A stretch of DNA of 64,000 nucleotides from Tubiluchus corallicola (GCA_030141605.1 JAQGDQ010000212.1:186001-250000), one strand, 5' to 3'; numbered from the stretch's first letter, positions 24,555 to 38,985 are shown. Numbers and translations: made by a program. Notes: a model not told the origin generated them from the sequence alone.

Positions 24555-25333
24555 TAAGAGCTCTTATATGTTTTTAAATTCAGTCTAAAATTTCTGTTAT
24601 TTGAATGATTCGATGAAATGCTATTTTTTGCATAATAAACAGTCATCAAGCTGAATGCGTTTCTTGCTATATTGTTAAAAAAGGTCAGATCAAATTAACC
24701 ACATTCCAATTGTTTTTTTCTATGATTTAATTTTCCTTATCTACTGTATTATGAAGAGCTCTGATCCACCACGTTATTTTTATCACTGTTAAATTGACTC
24801 TTATCGCCTGATGCATTTAAATCCGGCAATCTTCCTCAAACCAGTCATGTAAATAGATCTATTTGAAATGAATTCGGCATAAATAACGGCATCGACGAAG
24901 GCTAAAAGGACGAGGAGAATGACAGAGCCACATTTTTAACATTTGCTTCTCGAGTTTTCCACGCATGCGCTGAAATTTATTGAATCAGTTTCCTATAGGC
25001 AAAACTCAATTTAAAAATACTGCTTCTTAGTTGGGCAATATAGAGTAGGAATGAGTACAGATTCTTCTTTACTGTTCTTGTGCAAATTCTGGCAATTTAT
25101 AATTTCATCAAACTGAAATAACCTTTTTGGAACTGATTGCGGCATAATTTATCATAAAATTACTAATAACTCATAAGTTACTAATCATACTGGTGGGTAA
25201 TCATTACTGCCACGTAGTGAGGGCGCACCAAAACTTCACAGGATTTTTTGCATGATGACTATTAGCGCGGCATCTAGTGGGAGAGAATAAACAACATAGA
25301 TGTTAATTATAAAAGTGAGGAAAAGCTTCATAC

Positions 25334-25473
25334 CACGTCTATAATCTGCTGTAGAGTTATTCCAAAGTTGACTACCACAGGATCGCTCTCGTTTAGAACT
25401 GGTCGCTCTAGAACTTCATAGTCTTTCATTATCCTTCTGATCAGACGTCTGGCATCACGACTTTGATATGTAA
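25334..25473 (-). CDS. CHRNA7: nAChR alpha7-like exon 2 (TYQSRDARRLIRRIMKDYEVLERPVLNESDPVVVNFGITLQQIIDV)
   Basis: 140 nt, ttcAG/GTatga boundaries, phase 1/0, N-terminal helix and LERPV motif. Confidence 0.95.
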
Positions 25474-25639
25474 CTGAAATTAAAAAAAACAAAATCAGTA
25501 TGCAGGAAGTAAGTCAGTGAGTGAGTGAGCAAGTCAGGTCGACGTTAGTCCAGCCAGCGGGCGCAGTATTCAAAATACACGTAACTACTTAATGAGGATG
25601 ATTGTGAAGGAAAGGCTTCTGAGAAGAGACAAGGTAGAA

Positions 25640-26580
<941 letters not shown>

Positions 26581-27099
26581 AATTAAGCAGGGAAGCAAAC
26601 AAGCAACTAAGTAAGCAAACAAGGTTACACCAAGTAAATAAAATCTACATAGGGTCGGTGTTTATAATACGGAAAATAATACCTTTGGCACTACCTAATA
26701 CCCAAAATCACATATTATAATTACATATGACACATGTTTATAAATTTAGGTGTTACATTATACATCTGATGGACAATGCAAAAAACAAAGTAAAGACACG
26801 TAAGAGTCAGAAATTTACTTTTTGTGAAAATTAGAACAAAATTGTCAAACATGTGAATAAAAACGAAAATTTGCTCCTCATGCTGTAAAGTATTCGTAAT
26901 ATTGGCTTTTACAGTCGATTTTGGGAAAATTAATTCCGCTAAAATTATTTTATGCTGGTACAATCTAAGAATTAGAACGAGTCCAAGAAATACTAGTTTT
27001 TAAGTAGAGTTCTTAATAAGTAGTAGTAGTAGATCAAAGATGAAGGTCTGACTCATCTAAAATGATACTTCAACAAATCTGTTTCCCGTTAAGAGACAA

Positions 27100-27950
27100 C
27101 GTCCCAAGCAAAGTGACAAATCCTTGATAGCAAGTTCTAGGTCAAGACCCTTACTGTGCAACTCAAGCACTTAATTCTTGAGAGTAAGAGAGTTTTCAAA
27201 TACTATTACCTGGACAGTAAGTCACAAATCCATGACCATAGGTTCTGTGTCAAGAACTAAATATCTAATGTAAGATCTGCACACAGTTAATTCCCAAATC
27301 CTTAACTATAAGCTTAAACATCAAGAACCCACAATTCTTGACGACTGGTCCCATGTCAAGTACTAAATCCTTGATGTAAATCCCAGCTCACAGTCGAATC
27401 CAAAATCCTTAACTGTAAGTTTAAATGTCAAGTTTCAAATCCTTGGCTATAGGTCCATGTCAAGTCTCAAATCCTTGACTATAGGTCCATGTCAAGTCTC
27501 AAATCCTTGACTATAGGTCCATGTCAAGTCTCAAATCCTTGACTATAGGTCCATGTCAAGTCTCAAATCCTCGACTATAGGTCCATGTCTAGTCTCAAAT
27601 CCTTAACTATAGGTTCATATCAAGTCTCAAATCCTTGACTATAGGTCCATGTCAAGTCTCAAATCCTTGACTATAGGTCCATGTCAAGTCTCAAATCCTT
27701 GACTATAGGACCATGTCAAGTCTCAAATCCTTGACTATAGGTCCATGTCAAGTCTCAAATCCTTGAGTATAGGTCCATGTCAAGTCTCAAATCCTCGACT
27801 ATAGGTCCATGTCAAGTCTCAAATCCTCGACTATAGGACCATGTCAAGTAATAAATCACTAATGTAAGTCTCACTCCACAGTTAATTCACAAAGCCTTTA
27901 CAGTAAATTTCAATGTCAAGTCCTAAATCTTTGACAGTTACTGTAAATTC
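27100..27950. repeat. 32-bp minisatellite (about 13 conserved copies 27430-27850, degenerate flanks)
   Basis: Unit CTATAGGTCCATGTCAAGTCTCAAATCCTTGA. Confidence 0.92.
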
Positions 27951-28539
27951 CTCCAAGTCGAATTTTAACTCACTCAGCCTCCAGACCTGCTTCATAAACA
28001 AATGTAAATTTCATAATTTTATAAGCAATGGCTGCAGGATGACACGGAAATGAATTTGTTTCTGAATTCAGAAAATAATTTTAATGCACGCGAATCGCCT
28101 GGTCGTCAAATGCATTAAAAATTTATTTTGTCGTTAAAAATTGCGTTTATTGACAAACGAGAAACAGGAAAAAATCAGACATGAATTAATAATATTCAGT
28201 AACGCTGAATTGCGCGTGTGCGTGGGCTCATGGGCAAGTACTTGTGAAAGTTAATAAGAAAATTTATACGTCTAGCAGCTGTTAATCCAAAGAAAATACT
28301 TAATACCCTGGGTTATATTGCATATTGTTACTGGAAATCATCGAGAAAATGGGAAAATAGATTTTCCTATTATAACGTTATCACTTATGAGTTCTAGTAT
28401 ACGAGCTAAGACAATTTAGTCTTTGACACGCTAACAACTTTGGTCGTTCATTTAAGGCGTTGTCCATATAATTGTAATATTTAAACGAAAATTAACTGAT
28501 TTCTTATTCCATTGTGAAATACGAAAAAGTATACATGGT

Positions 28540-29088
28540 AACTCGTTTAGTAATGCCAAAGCGTTTCTGATAATTAACATAAGAGGTGAAAAACTTACTT
28601 AATGGTCTGTGAACCCAGTCAGTAAATGACGTCACAAGTGAACATAATTTTTAACAGCACCAGTATTCTACGAGCGTGTTGCACGTGTTTGCGAAAGTGG
28701 AAGTGGAAGCATAATGTTAGCATACGACATTCAGTGTGATATACAAAGATTGGCAAATTTTAAGTGCAAAATTTAAATTCGACGTTTACTGCTGTGCTCT
28801 CGAACGTGCGCACTACGTCACAACCGAATAACTGTGAACTAACAAGTACAGTACCGGTTTTTGGGCAACGCGTTTTGCGCGATGCAGGTGCTAGTGCCCA
28901 TCTATCTAACGAATGGCGAAATGCATGTAGTAGCGACGAACTAGTGGCTTGAACGTGAAATTGTGTTTGTGTGGTGGTAATAATTCTTTCATGTAAGTCA
29001 TTCTTAAAAAAACATTATGTTCTGTTTCAGTAATTTACAGGGCAGATGGGTTTTGAGCTACAGTATAAGACAGAGTTCGGTTTTCCGT
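28540..29088 (-). mobile_element. Family A DNA transposon copy
   Basis: Reverse-complement similarity to 2386-2988 (GAAATTGTGTTTGTGTGG...TAATTCTTTCA); boundaries approximate. Confidence 0.6.
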
Positions 29089-29208
29089 AACTATGAGAAA
29101 CAACCCTAGGGATTAATATCAATAATTACAATATTGATATTATATCAATACAATATCAATACAATAATTTCACATAACTACAACCTCTGTAGTCAGTAAT
29201 TCTAATAA

Positions 29209-29428
29209 AGTGGCGTTTATGTTTATATGCGCATGCGCATGCATTTGGGGGGTTAGGCATACGATAAAATCGGTTTATATTGGTTTTAATGCACCTGTTT
29301 ATGCAGCCTGTGGGTGATTCTTTTTCTGTAGTTATTTCCTAATGATTTTTCCGCTTGCTGTTCAACAGTTGGAAAACGCGTCCGCATCCGCATCCGCATT
29401 TCCAAACGCATGCTACATAAACACCACT
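29209..29428. mobile_element. Short MITE (Harbinger-like) upstream of the stomatin gene
   Basis: TIR AGTGGCGTTTATGT / ACATAAACACCACT flanked by TAA and TTA. Confidence 0.6.
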
Positions 29429-29519
29429 TTACAGTTATAGCAAAACAACCAAGTAACAACAGAGATAATACAAGAAAGAGAAACGTCTGTGTAGTAGAAC
29501 TAATACGCCGTGATCACCT

Positions 29520-29960
29520 TGTGGCTGGCGCAGTACAGGAAGTATCATGTTGCCCACAGGAAGTCTCCTCTGCTTACTAACTATTGGCTAATAAGTTGTA
29601 TTAATGTTCAGTGTTACCGTTATTATGTGGGTGGCCAATCAATCGATATTTGAAGCAGTTACCAGGAAACAGTTATTTAGCGTGGTCAAGGTGCAGGTTT
29701 TAGGCTGACAACCACATCTGTCACGAGGACACTGATCATCATTACACTATTGCAAAGAAGCTCATTATTGCATGTGTGAACATAGAATATTGTATTTAAA
29801 TTAAAACAGTAACGTCATCTATAAACGTATTGGGTATTTGTTAATCAAACAGCATGCACTGACGTCGTTTGTTTATGTCAGCACTCGTGGTTTACTTGTA
29901 TTAGCCAATACGATCTTTGCACCCAAGCCAAGGTAATCTACAGCGGACTGTATAAGTAAT
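29520..29960 (+). promoter_or_regulatory. Candidate proximal promoter of the stomatin gene
   Basis: Two CAGGAAGT (ETS-like) motifs near 29537 and 29557, CCAAT motifs near 29584 and 29636, CTATAAA near 29819, TGACGT near 29860; motif inspection only. Confidence 0.3.
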
Positions 29961-30090
29961 AGGTGAGACGCATACACGCATATATTGAGTTACGGTGATA
30001 CGGAAAGACAACGTCACACAAGTACAGTAGTTATTACTGCTATACACAGTTATATATACAGTTATAAGTGCAAGGCAGCAAAGGGACAAT

Positions 30091-31014
30091 ATGGCGAATG
30101 CGAAACACGAGGAGACAATTGAAATGTACGGGGCAGGACCTCAGAGTGACGCAGAAGAAGGTATTGGTTGCTGTGGGTTGATCATAACTGGATTGTCCTA
30201 CTTGTTCATCCTTATCACGTTTCCAATTTCCATCTGGTTCTGTTTCAAGATGGTACAGGAGTACGAAAGAGCCGTCATTTTCCGATTGGGGCGCCTGCTT
30301 CCGGGAGGCGCCAAGGGTCCGGGATTGTTCTTCATAGTACCGTGCACTGATGAGTTTGTCAGGGTGGACTTGAGGACAGTCTCTTTCGACGTGCCACCGC
30401 AGGAGATATTGTCCAAAGATTCCGTAACCATTGCAGTTGATGCTGTTGTCTACTACCGGATCAAGAATCCAACTATATCCATTGTGAATGTCAATGATGC
30501 TGACCGGTCCACACGTCTTTTGGCACAGACGACATTGAGGAACGTCCTGGGAACGAAGAATATGTCAGAGTTATTGTCAGATAGAGAGCACATCAGTTCG
30601 ACAATGCAAAGTATCTTGGACGAGGCAACCGATCCCTGGGGTATCTTGGTCGAAAGAGTCGAAATCAAAGACGTGAAGTTGCCCATGCAGCTACAGCGTG
30701 CCATGGCTGCAGAGGCAGAAGCAGCAAGAGAAGCCAGAGCCAAGGTCATTGCGGCTGAAGGTGAACAACGGGCTTCGAGAGCTCTGAAAGAAGCTGCTGA
30801 CGTCATCGCCTCGTCACCGGCAGCCCTACAGCTGCGCTACCTGCAGACGCTTAACACGATCTCTGCTGAGAAGAATTCCACTATTGTATTTCCCATACCT
30901 ATTGAAATGATGAGGATGTACAACAATCCGTCCGGTGGTGGAGAAACGAGGCGGGAGAAAATTCCATGGAAGGAGCAAGAAGCAGCAACAGCTCCAATTG
31001 GATCAGATTTGTAG
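30091..31014 (+). CDS. STOM: Stomatin / band 7 (MEC-2-like) SPFH-domain protein, 307 aa, intronless
   Basis: Hydrophobic hairpin with conserved proline (ITFPISIW), VQEYERAVIFRLGRL, VDLRTVSFDVPPQEILSKDSVT, QRAMAAEAEAAREARAKVIAAEGE, ALQLRYLQTL; a single uninterrupted ORF with ATG and TAG. Confidence 0.97.
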   Translation: MANAKHEETIEMYGAGPQSDAEEGIGCCGLIITGLSYLFILITFPISIWFCFKMVQEYERAVIFRLGRLLPGGAKGPGLFFIVPCTDEFVRVDLRTVSFDVPPQEILSKDSVTIAVDAVVYYRIKNPTISIVNVNDADRSTRLLAQTTLRNVLGTKNMSELLSDREHISSTMQSILDEATDPWGILVERVEIKDVKLPMQLQRAMAAEAEAAREARAKVIAAEGEQRASRALKEAADVIASSPAALQLRYLQTLNTISAEKNSTIVFPIPIEMMRMYNNPSGGGETRREKIPWKEQEAATAPIGSDL

Positions 31015-31027
31015 AAGGTCCCTGCTA

Positions 31028-31831
31028 CGCCCATTTCACACTGAAAACGCAAGAGAAGTGACGCGCGGAATTGCTGTTAGAAAAACAGCAAATTTTAAAA
31101 AATCCGCTTTTTTTCGCAAAAACTGGTGCAGCAAGAAATTTCATTTCACACAGAAACCGCGTTGCTTTTTACGCACGACCAGCTAGCTCCTAGTTACTCG
31201 GGTCGCAAGCTTGTGGCTGTTAATCGCCATCATGGACATGGGAAGTGGTCCTGACAAACCACTGGCATAGCAGTGTTTAGTTTTTTTGCTGGGCTACTGC
31301 TGCGTTTAACCTGTCTTGAGGGCAAATTTCTACCTGCCCGATGTCTACAATAAACGTAGTGAGCATATGATGATGATGATAATGATGATGATGACAGCTA
31401 GAATGACGCAACGTTTTTACTGAGCGCTTATTATTAATTATTACGCCTTTATTAATTACCGTCGTTATTTGGCGCACCAAATTAACGAGTCAAAACAGCA
31501 CCTCGTAACGTTGTATGGCTAGTTAAGAGACTCAAAACTTATAATTTTATGCTGAATTAAGTTAATTGCTGCTTGGCGAACAAGAAAGAGGTAACTGAAC
31601 AGTTAAACCTTAACGTAAAATCCGCGAGGAATTCTCGCTAAAATAGAACATGCGGTATTTAGCGGGCGCTTTGTCTCACGAGGAGGACGCATAGCTGGCG
31701 GTGGAGGGCCTCACCAGGGATTCTAGAGGAAAAATCTTCTTGAGGCGTCTGTATGAAGTACGCCCTAGATTGCAACTTGAGAAAATACCGCCAGGATGTT
31801 TTTGCCGCGCGTCCTCAGTGTGAAATGGGCC
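31028..31831. mobile_element. Harbinger-like MITE of about 800 bp inserted 13 nt after the stomatin stop codon
   Basis: TIR CGCCCATTTCACACTGAAAACGC / GCGTCCTCAGTGTGAAATGGGCC; flanks CTA and TAA. Confidence 0.75.
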
Positions 31832-31967
31832 TAATGGTGCCTTTAGTGATACCGCCTGTGAACTTTTAGATACTTTGTCCAATTTTTCAAAAGATATTGA
31901 AAGAAAACTGTTAACTGACGGAGTATTTTAATCTTTTTAATCTACGTAATATTTTTCCTCTTTACCT

Positions 31968-32155
<188 letters not shown>

Positions 32156-33186
32156 TTTTTTTCAATTACGTCTTTTATCTTTTAATAGCTCATTAATTAT
32201 GTTGATAATTCTTATTATTAATGATACAGGTATGTAGCGTCTTTATTATATTATAACTAAAAACAAAAAACATAACAAATTTTATTTGTATTTAGCGAGG
32301 CTCAAATTTTTATAAAGTAAGGAAATTTTGGGTACTTATTTCAAGATAAGTCGTGTTCATGATATTTTAGTATATGCAGTGTTAAATGAAATTTATACTG
32401 TCAAGTTCAGCATGTGGAAAAAACGTGTTTGTGTGTCATTTGTGTTGGTGGTACGTGGTCATCAAGCATTAATGTTCTTGAATATGAACGATTATCTTAT
32501 ATAAATTATATAAATTATAATTATATAAATTTGTAATTATATTGTAATTATATAAATTATACGTAGTAATATATAAGTAGAGACATGGTAGAAATACGAG
32601 AGTGAGTGAGTGAGGGAGGGAGGGAGGGAGGGTATAGTATTAGCTTATACTGTACTAGCAAAATTATCATCTCATGATTTATTAGTCGAAAAAGTTAGGT
32701 GGGTTCGTATCCCAAGGGATAGGAGAGTATCCCTGTGATAAGGTTGGGCTCGTATCCCTAGGGATAGCAGAATATGCCCAAGTGATAAAGTAAATTTTCA
32801 AAACGAAGATCATTGCCATTATTTTTTTGTCATTGTCCATTTGCAGTGTGTTAGAAGGAAATATAGGACTGATCATACTTTTAGTTTTTCATCTATAAGG
32901 CATTTGTTTGAAGTTGACATTAATACGTGGTGCCTGTTCATTAAACATTCTTTTTGTGTAATTAATGGAAAACGAAGAGTACGTGGTGTGGACAATTATT
33001 ATATATTATTAATGTGTAGGCGTCATCCACATTTTTATTATTGTTTTTTATTTTGTCTTATAATTTTAATAATTGTAAATAAATTTAAATAATAATATTA
33101 CGCAACGTTTTGCTTTTTTGCTATTGGTGTTACAAGTCTTTATGAACAATTTATTATATCATAGTATTGCCCAAACAATAGTGAAT

Positions 33187-33540
33187 CAAGCATGCCCTCA
33201 TGAAAAAGGGTGGAGTCTCATACGTCTCACACAGCCTGTAATCTTGGGAGGGGTAGGATTTGAACAGTGGACTCCAAGCATGCCCTCATAAAAAAAGGGT
33301 GAAGTCTCATACGTCTCACACAGCCTGTAATATTGAGGGGCACGATTTGAACAGTGGACTCCAAGCATGCCCTCATAAAAAAGGGTGGAGTCTCATACGT
33401 CTCACACAGCCTGTAATATTGAGGGGTATGATTTGAACAGTGGACTCCAAGCATGCCCTCATAAAAAAGGGTGGAGTCTCCTACGTCTCACACAGCCTGT
33501 AATCTTGGGAGGGGTAGGATTTGAACAGTGGACTCCAAGA
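33187..33540. repeat. About 87-bp tandem repeat, 4 copies
   Basis: GCATGCCCTCA starts at 33190, 33278, 33365 and 33451. Confidence 0.9.
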
Positions 33541-33907
33541 AGTGGAGACACTCCAACACGTCTTGCAGATGTCTCACAAGCTTCTCTGTTGAATACTGAT
33601 CAATGACATGTTTTTGGATCATCTGAGCGACCACTTTGTCTTTCGGCATAGCACCAATGTGTTTGACGTGGTTGAGATCCTGTGAATTTCCAGATTCGAA
33701 CGAAAAAAAATAAAAATCCCAGCGTTATCAGGTCGCTGCTCCGATAATACACTTCAAAACTCTGCTAGACACTTGAGGCTTCCATATCAAACATTGAGGG
33801 CACGATGGATTCTCTTTTGTTTCAGCTAAACTTTGACGTGACAATTTTTTCTCTACTGTTACTCGTCATTTCTGTATCCCCTAGCAGAGGTTATGTACCA
33901 TTCTTTA

Positions 33908-33958
<51 letters not shown>

Positions 33959-33961
33959 TAC

Positions 33962-34012
<51 letters not shown>

Positions 34013-34129
34013 GTTTGTAATTATATGCAGAGTACTCAGCAATTGCAGGATTGCAAATTTTAATTACTTTTCCAACTGATTCTTTTATAAATGACAATTT
34101 CAGATCGTGTTTTATCGATATACTCCAGT

Positions 34130-34490
34130 GTTTCAAGGAAAAGTCATGTTTTCTAAAGTATGACTTTAATGTTTCCAATAACAATCATCTTTTCTAATGT
34201 ATGACCTTGATGTTTACAGCAACAATCATGTTTTCTGATGCATGACCTTGATGTTTCCAGTAACAGCCATGTTTTCTGATGCATGACCTTGATGTTTCCA
34301 GTAACAGCCATGTTTTCTGATGCATGACCTTGATGTTTCCCGTAACAGCCATGTTTTATAATGTATAACCTTGATGTTTCCAGTAACAATCATTTTACTA
34401 ATGTAAGTCTTTGATGTTTCCAATAACTATCATGTTTTCTAATGTATGACTTCAATGATTCCAATGATAGTCGTGTTTTCTAATGTAAGG
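34130..34490 (-). repeat. 41-bp minisatellite, inverted relative to 35700-37020
   Basis: Unit GTTTTCTGATGCATGACCTTGATGTTTCCAGTAACAGCCAT. Confidence 0.85.
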
Positions 34491-34968
34491 CTTGTCTTAC
34501 AGATTTTGTTGGTACACTGTTTAAAGTAGAATAAAAGTGATAAATTTTATATTATGGCATTTTCTGTTGGTAATAGCAGCCACAAAAAGTGTGCAACAAA
34601 AACCTGAGATAAAAATAAAGACAAAAATCGCACACAATCAGTAAAATGTACTCCATTTTGAGACATGGAGACAGATTAAGTTTAGTTGTACTTGGTATTT
34701 AGGGATAGTGATACACCTGGTATTCATATTAACTATAAAGACCATTGACCAGCCAGGCAAAGTACGGGCACAACAAACAAAGTAAATATAGCTGTACAGT
34801 AAACAACAAGTATTGGTCATTGTTTGCGTTTGGACACAACACTCCCATAGGCTTGGTTAGCAACGATGATTACTCATGTTTATTGGTATATCATAACTGA
34901 GATCGTTTATTAAAGAGTTGACCTTGTTTCATATCATGTGAAATTGTGAATGGCTGGAAACACACACA

Positions 34969-35000
<32 letters not shown>

Positions 35001-35001
35001 C

Positions 35002-35103
<102 letters not shown>

Positions 35104-35699
35104 GCAGGGGAATGGTAGGACAGAATCTACTGAAATAACATATTTCATAATGCAAAAATGTAAATTGTGCTTGAATGACATAATTTGGCTATTGTGAGAG
35201 AAAAAGCTAAATAAGTGAGTTGTCCAATACTTCGTACCCCTGACTAGATTATCTTACATTATAATCACTATTGTGAGCCACTGTTTTATTATATTTTAGA
35301 CACACCTATAATAATTTGTCATCCTTGACATAGAAAATTGAAAAAAGTTTCGTATCGCAAGCCAACTCTTGTGCATCAGTTTCCACTAATTAATATAACA
35401 CCATGTTACCAACCTATCACTGACTGTCACTAATGCTGCCCTGAATATCATTAATGCACGCATTCTTCACGTAGTGGTAACCTATAACGCGAAATAATCG
35501 TGCTGCTGTACAAACTTGAACTTTGAAAGAATTTATTTATTTCGTCTTTTTGAAGTTTCCGCTGTGCAAATGTCAAGTCTTTGGTTGACTGTTTGCCTTG
35601 ATCTGTTTTATAATAGTGGCCCGCGAATCATTGTCAGGTGACACAGGTACGTCATAAATCCATACTGAATACCATTATTACTAAAATTAGTAAGAAAGA

Positions 35700-37020
35700 T
35701 ACCATTAATGCAAACATCAAGGACATATAAAAAATTATTAGAAAGCTCAACTGTTATTAGAAACATCAAAGCAATATATTAGAAATCACGATTATGTGTT
35801 ACTACGAACATCGAGATCATTCGTTAAAAAACATGATTGTTAGCGGAAACATCAAGGTCATACATTAGGTCACATGATTGTTCCTAGAAACATCTATGCC
35901 ATATATTAACAAACATCCGTTATGGAAACATAGAGATCATACATTAGAAATATAAGTTTACAGAAAAACATCGAGGCTATACATTAAGAAACATGACTGT
36001 TGAATTTTAACATCGAAGCCAGTTTTAACATGTTGCCTGACACTTTTTAAAATTTACCGCTCTAAATCTATGGAATAAAATATTACAGCACATCGAAAAT
36101 TATATGGATTTAAGAGATATATAAAAACTCTTCTGCTCAAATCTTACTTATAATACATTTTTGGGTTTGGGTGAAGTGCGTTAGTTACAGTACATCCAGC
36201 TACTGGTTACTTTACAGTTTATATTTTCATGCTTTTGCATCACGTCTCTGCTGAACTCCTTTCTATCTTATTTCTCTTCTCTTTTCCTCTATCTTTGTTT
36301 ATTATTTATCTTAACTATTCTCTGTTTTTCTATAATTTTTTCTCTTGTTGATTAATCAGTTTTTTTCTCCACTTTTCATGGTGGTCTTACAATCTTTGCT
36401 TCTTGACCACCATGCAGCATATTTTTCCTGTTAATAAATTATTATGTAGTTAGTTACTATATTAATATAGTTCTTTAATAATTATTGTAACTACATTGAT
36501 TTGAAATGTAATACATGCAATTGATTTGATGTACAGCAGCAATGTGATAATGTAATTATGCTGAAGTGGACAATAAATTACAAGTTACAAATAGAAACAT
36601 CGAAGTGATACATTAGGAATCATGACTGCTAGCAAAAACATCGAGGCTATACATTAGAAAACATGAGCGTTCTGGAAACATCGAAGTCATACATTAAAAA
36701 GCATGACTGTTGACTGGAAACATCGAGGCCATACATTATAAATCATGACAGTTAGCAAAAACATCGAGGCCATACATTTGAAAACATGAGCGTTACTGGA
36801 AACATCGAAGTGATACATTAAAAAGCACAACTGTTTGCAGGAACTTCGAGGCGCATACTTTAGAAAACGTGGATGTAACATAGTTAGAAAAAACATCAAA
36901 ACATTACGTGATTTATGAAATATGATAGTTACTGGAAACATCGAGGCCATGTGTAATGAAACATAAATGTTGCCGAAAATTTCCATGTCATATTATTATG
37001 TAACATGACTATCGGTGATA
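35700..37020 (+). repeat. Degenerate 41-bp minisatellite interrupted by an insertion (about 36020-36590)
   Basis: GGAAACATCGAGGCCATACATTAGAAAACATGACTG units, the reverse complement of the 34130-34490 unit. Confidence 0.75.
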
Positions 37021-37949
37021 TCTAATAGTAAACATGACATTTGCTAGAGAAGGCTATATCGAGCGATATATCAATAAAATAAGCCTATGTACACACATGC
37101 ACTTTATCTTATGTGTTAAGCATACGTCTGAGAAGCTATGAAGGCCATATAGCTACTGTTTGCCATATTTCTTTTAGATAAACAGACGTCACGGGCTAAA
37201 AATAAGGTAGAGTGATATCCTTATAATCAGAACCCATTTGACTAAAATGATAAGTGTTGTATAGAGAAGGTGAAGTGCAGAATGTGAGATACTAAACCAA
37301 TAGATGAATGAATCTTTGGTTACAGCCAAATGCTTTTTCCTAACAGTTTATAATGAACTGTTGTTGTGCACGCAACAACCTAACATAAGATAAAAAAGTT
37401 TAGAAATTTGGACGACGAATTAAACTTAAATATCTTTTTTATTTATTAATTATATTAAACAACATTGTTAGGTCTTTAATCTTTATCAGCAGTCTGTCAC
37501 TTGTATTCCCTTCACAAAAAGAGCAACGAGTCCACGTAATAAAGTCACAGAAGGGAAAAAGTACGAGGAAAAAACACACAAATCACACAGGAAAAAAGTG
37601 AGAGAAAGAAATTCGCAGGAAGTCGCGGGAAAAAAGTCACAAGTGAAAAAGTCACAAGAAAAAAGTAACAGAAAAAAGTCGCAGGAAAAAGGTCAAAATT
37701 AAAAATCTCACAAGAAAAAGTAACAGAAAAAAAGTCGCAGTAAAAAAAGTCACAATTCTAACCATATAGCCATCTGGGCGAAGCATAAGACTTTTATAAA
37801 ATGTAAGTTCTCTTAATTAGATTAAATAGTTCAGTGGCATTGTATTACAGAAGTACTGAAGCAATCTAATGCTTTCATTTCTTCTTTTGTAATTGGATGT
37901 TCTGAAACAGTGTTTCATGCAACTTTGACAGTTTCAAAGTCTCTACTTT

Positions 37950-38142
37950 TCACTGACCACACTTCTGCAGCATAATTTTACTGACCAGACTTCTGAAGCA
38001 TAATTTCACTGACCAGACTTCTGAAGCATAATTTCACCGATCACACTTCTGAAGCATAATTTCACTGACCACACTTCTGAAGCATAATTTCACTGACCAT
38101 ACTTCTGAAGCATAATTTCACTGACCATACTTCTGAAGCATA
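37950..38142. repeat. 28-bp minisatellite, about 7 copies
   Basis: Unit CACTGACCACACTTCTGAAGCATAATTT. Confidence 0.9.
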
Positions 38143-38244
38143 AGTTGTAGTTGGCAGACAGTAAGTGTTCATTAAGAAAGACGTTGTCATTGATAATATT
38201 GCGTCTAACAGTTTTAGCGATAAAGATAACGAAATAATAATAAA

Positions 38245-38985
38245 CCATCGTCTATACTGTCCATCGACTGCCCTTATCCACCGTCTATACTGTCCATCGT
38301 CTGCCCTTATCCACCGTCTATACTGTCCATCGTCTGCCCTTATCCACCGTCTATACTGCCCATTGTCTGCCCTTATCTACCGTCTATACTATCCATCGTC
38401 TGCCCTTATCCACCGTCTATACTGTCCATCGTCTGCCCTTATCCACCGTCTATACTGCCCATCGTTTGCCCTTATCTACCGTCTATACTGTCCATCGTCT
38501 GCCCTTATCCACCGTCTATACTGTCCATCGTCTGCCCTTATCCACCGTCTATACTGTCCATCGTCTGCCCTTATCCACCGTCTATACTGTCCATCGTCTG
38601 CCCTTATCTACCGTCTATACTGTTCATCGTCTGCCCTTATCCACCGTCTATACCGTCCATTGCCTGCCCTTATCCATCGTCTATACCGTCCATTGCCTGC
38701 CCTTATCCATCGTCTATACTGTCAATCGTCTGCCCTTATCCACCGTCTATACTGTCCATCGTCTGCCCTTATCCACCGTCTATACTGTCCATCGTCTGCC
38801 CTTATCCACCGTCTATACTGTTCATCGTCTGCCCTTATCCACCGTCTATACCGTCCATTGCCTGCCCTTATCCATCGTCTATACTGTCTATCATCTGCCC
38901 TTATCCATCGTCTACACTGTCCATCGTCTGCCCTTATCTATCGTCTGCCCTTATCCATCGTCTGCCCTTATCCACCGTCTATACT
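38245..38985. repeat. 33-bp minisatellite, about 22 copies
   Basis: Unit CCATCGTCTGCCCTTATCCACCGTCTATACTGT. Confidence 0.95.

Noticed and set aside
27430-27850. CRISPR-like 32-bp repeats with internal palindrome (also the 28- and 33-bp arrays at 38 kb and 49-50 kb)
   Set aside because: Head-to-tail units with no unique spacers, no cas genes, eukaryotic intron-exon context
30168-31186. Short ORFs overlapping the stomatin CDS on both strands
   Set aside because: Shadow frames of a real coding sequence with no independent motifs
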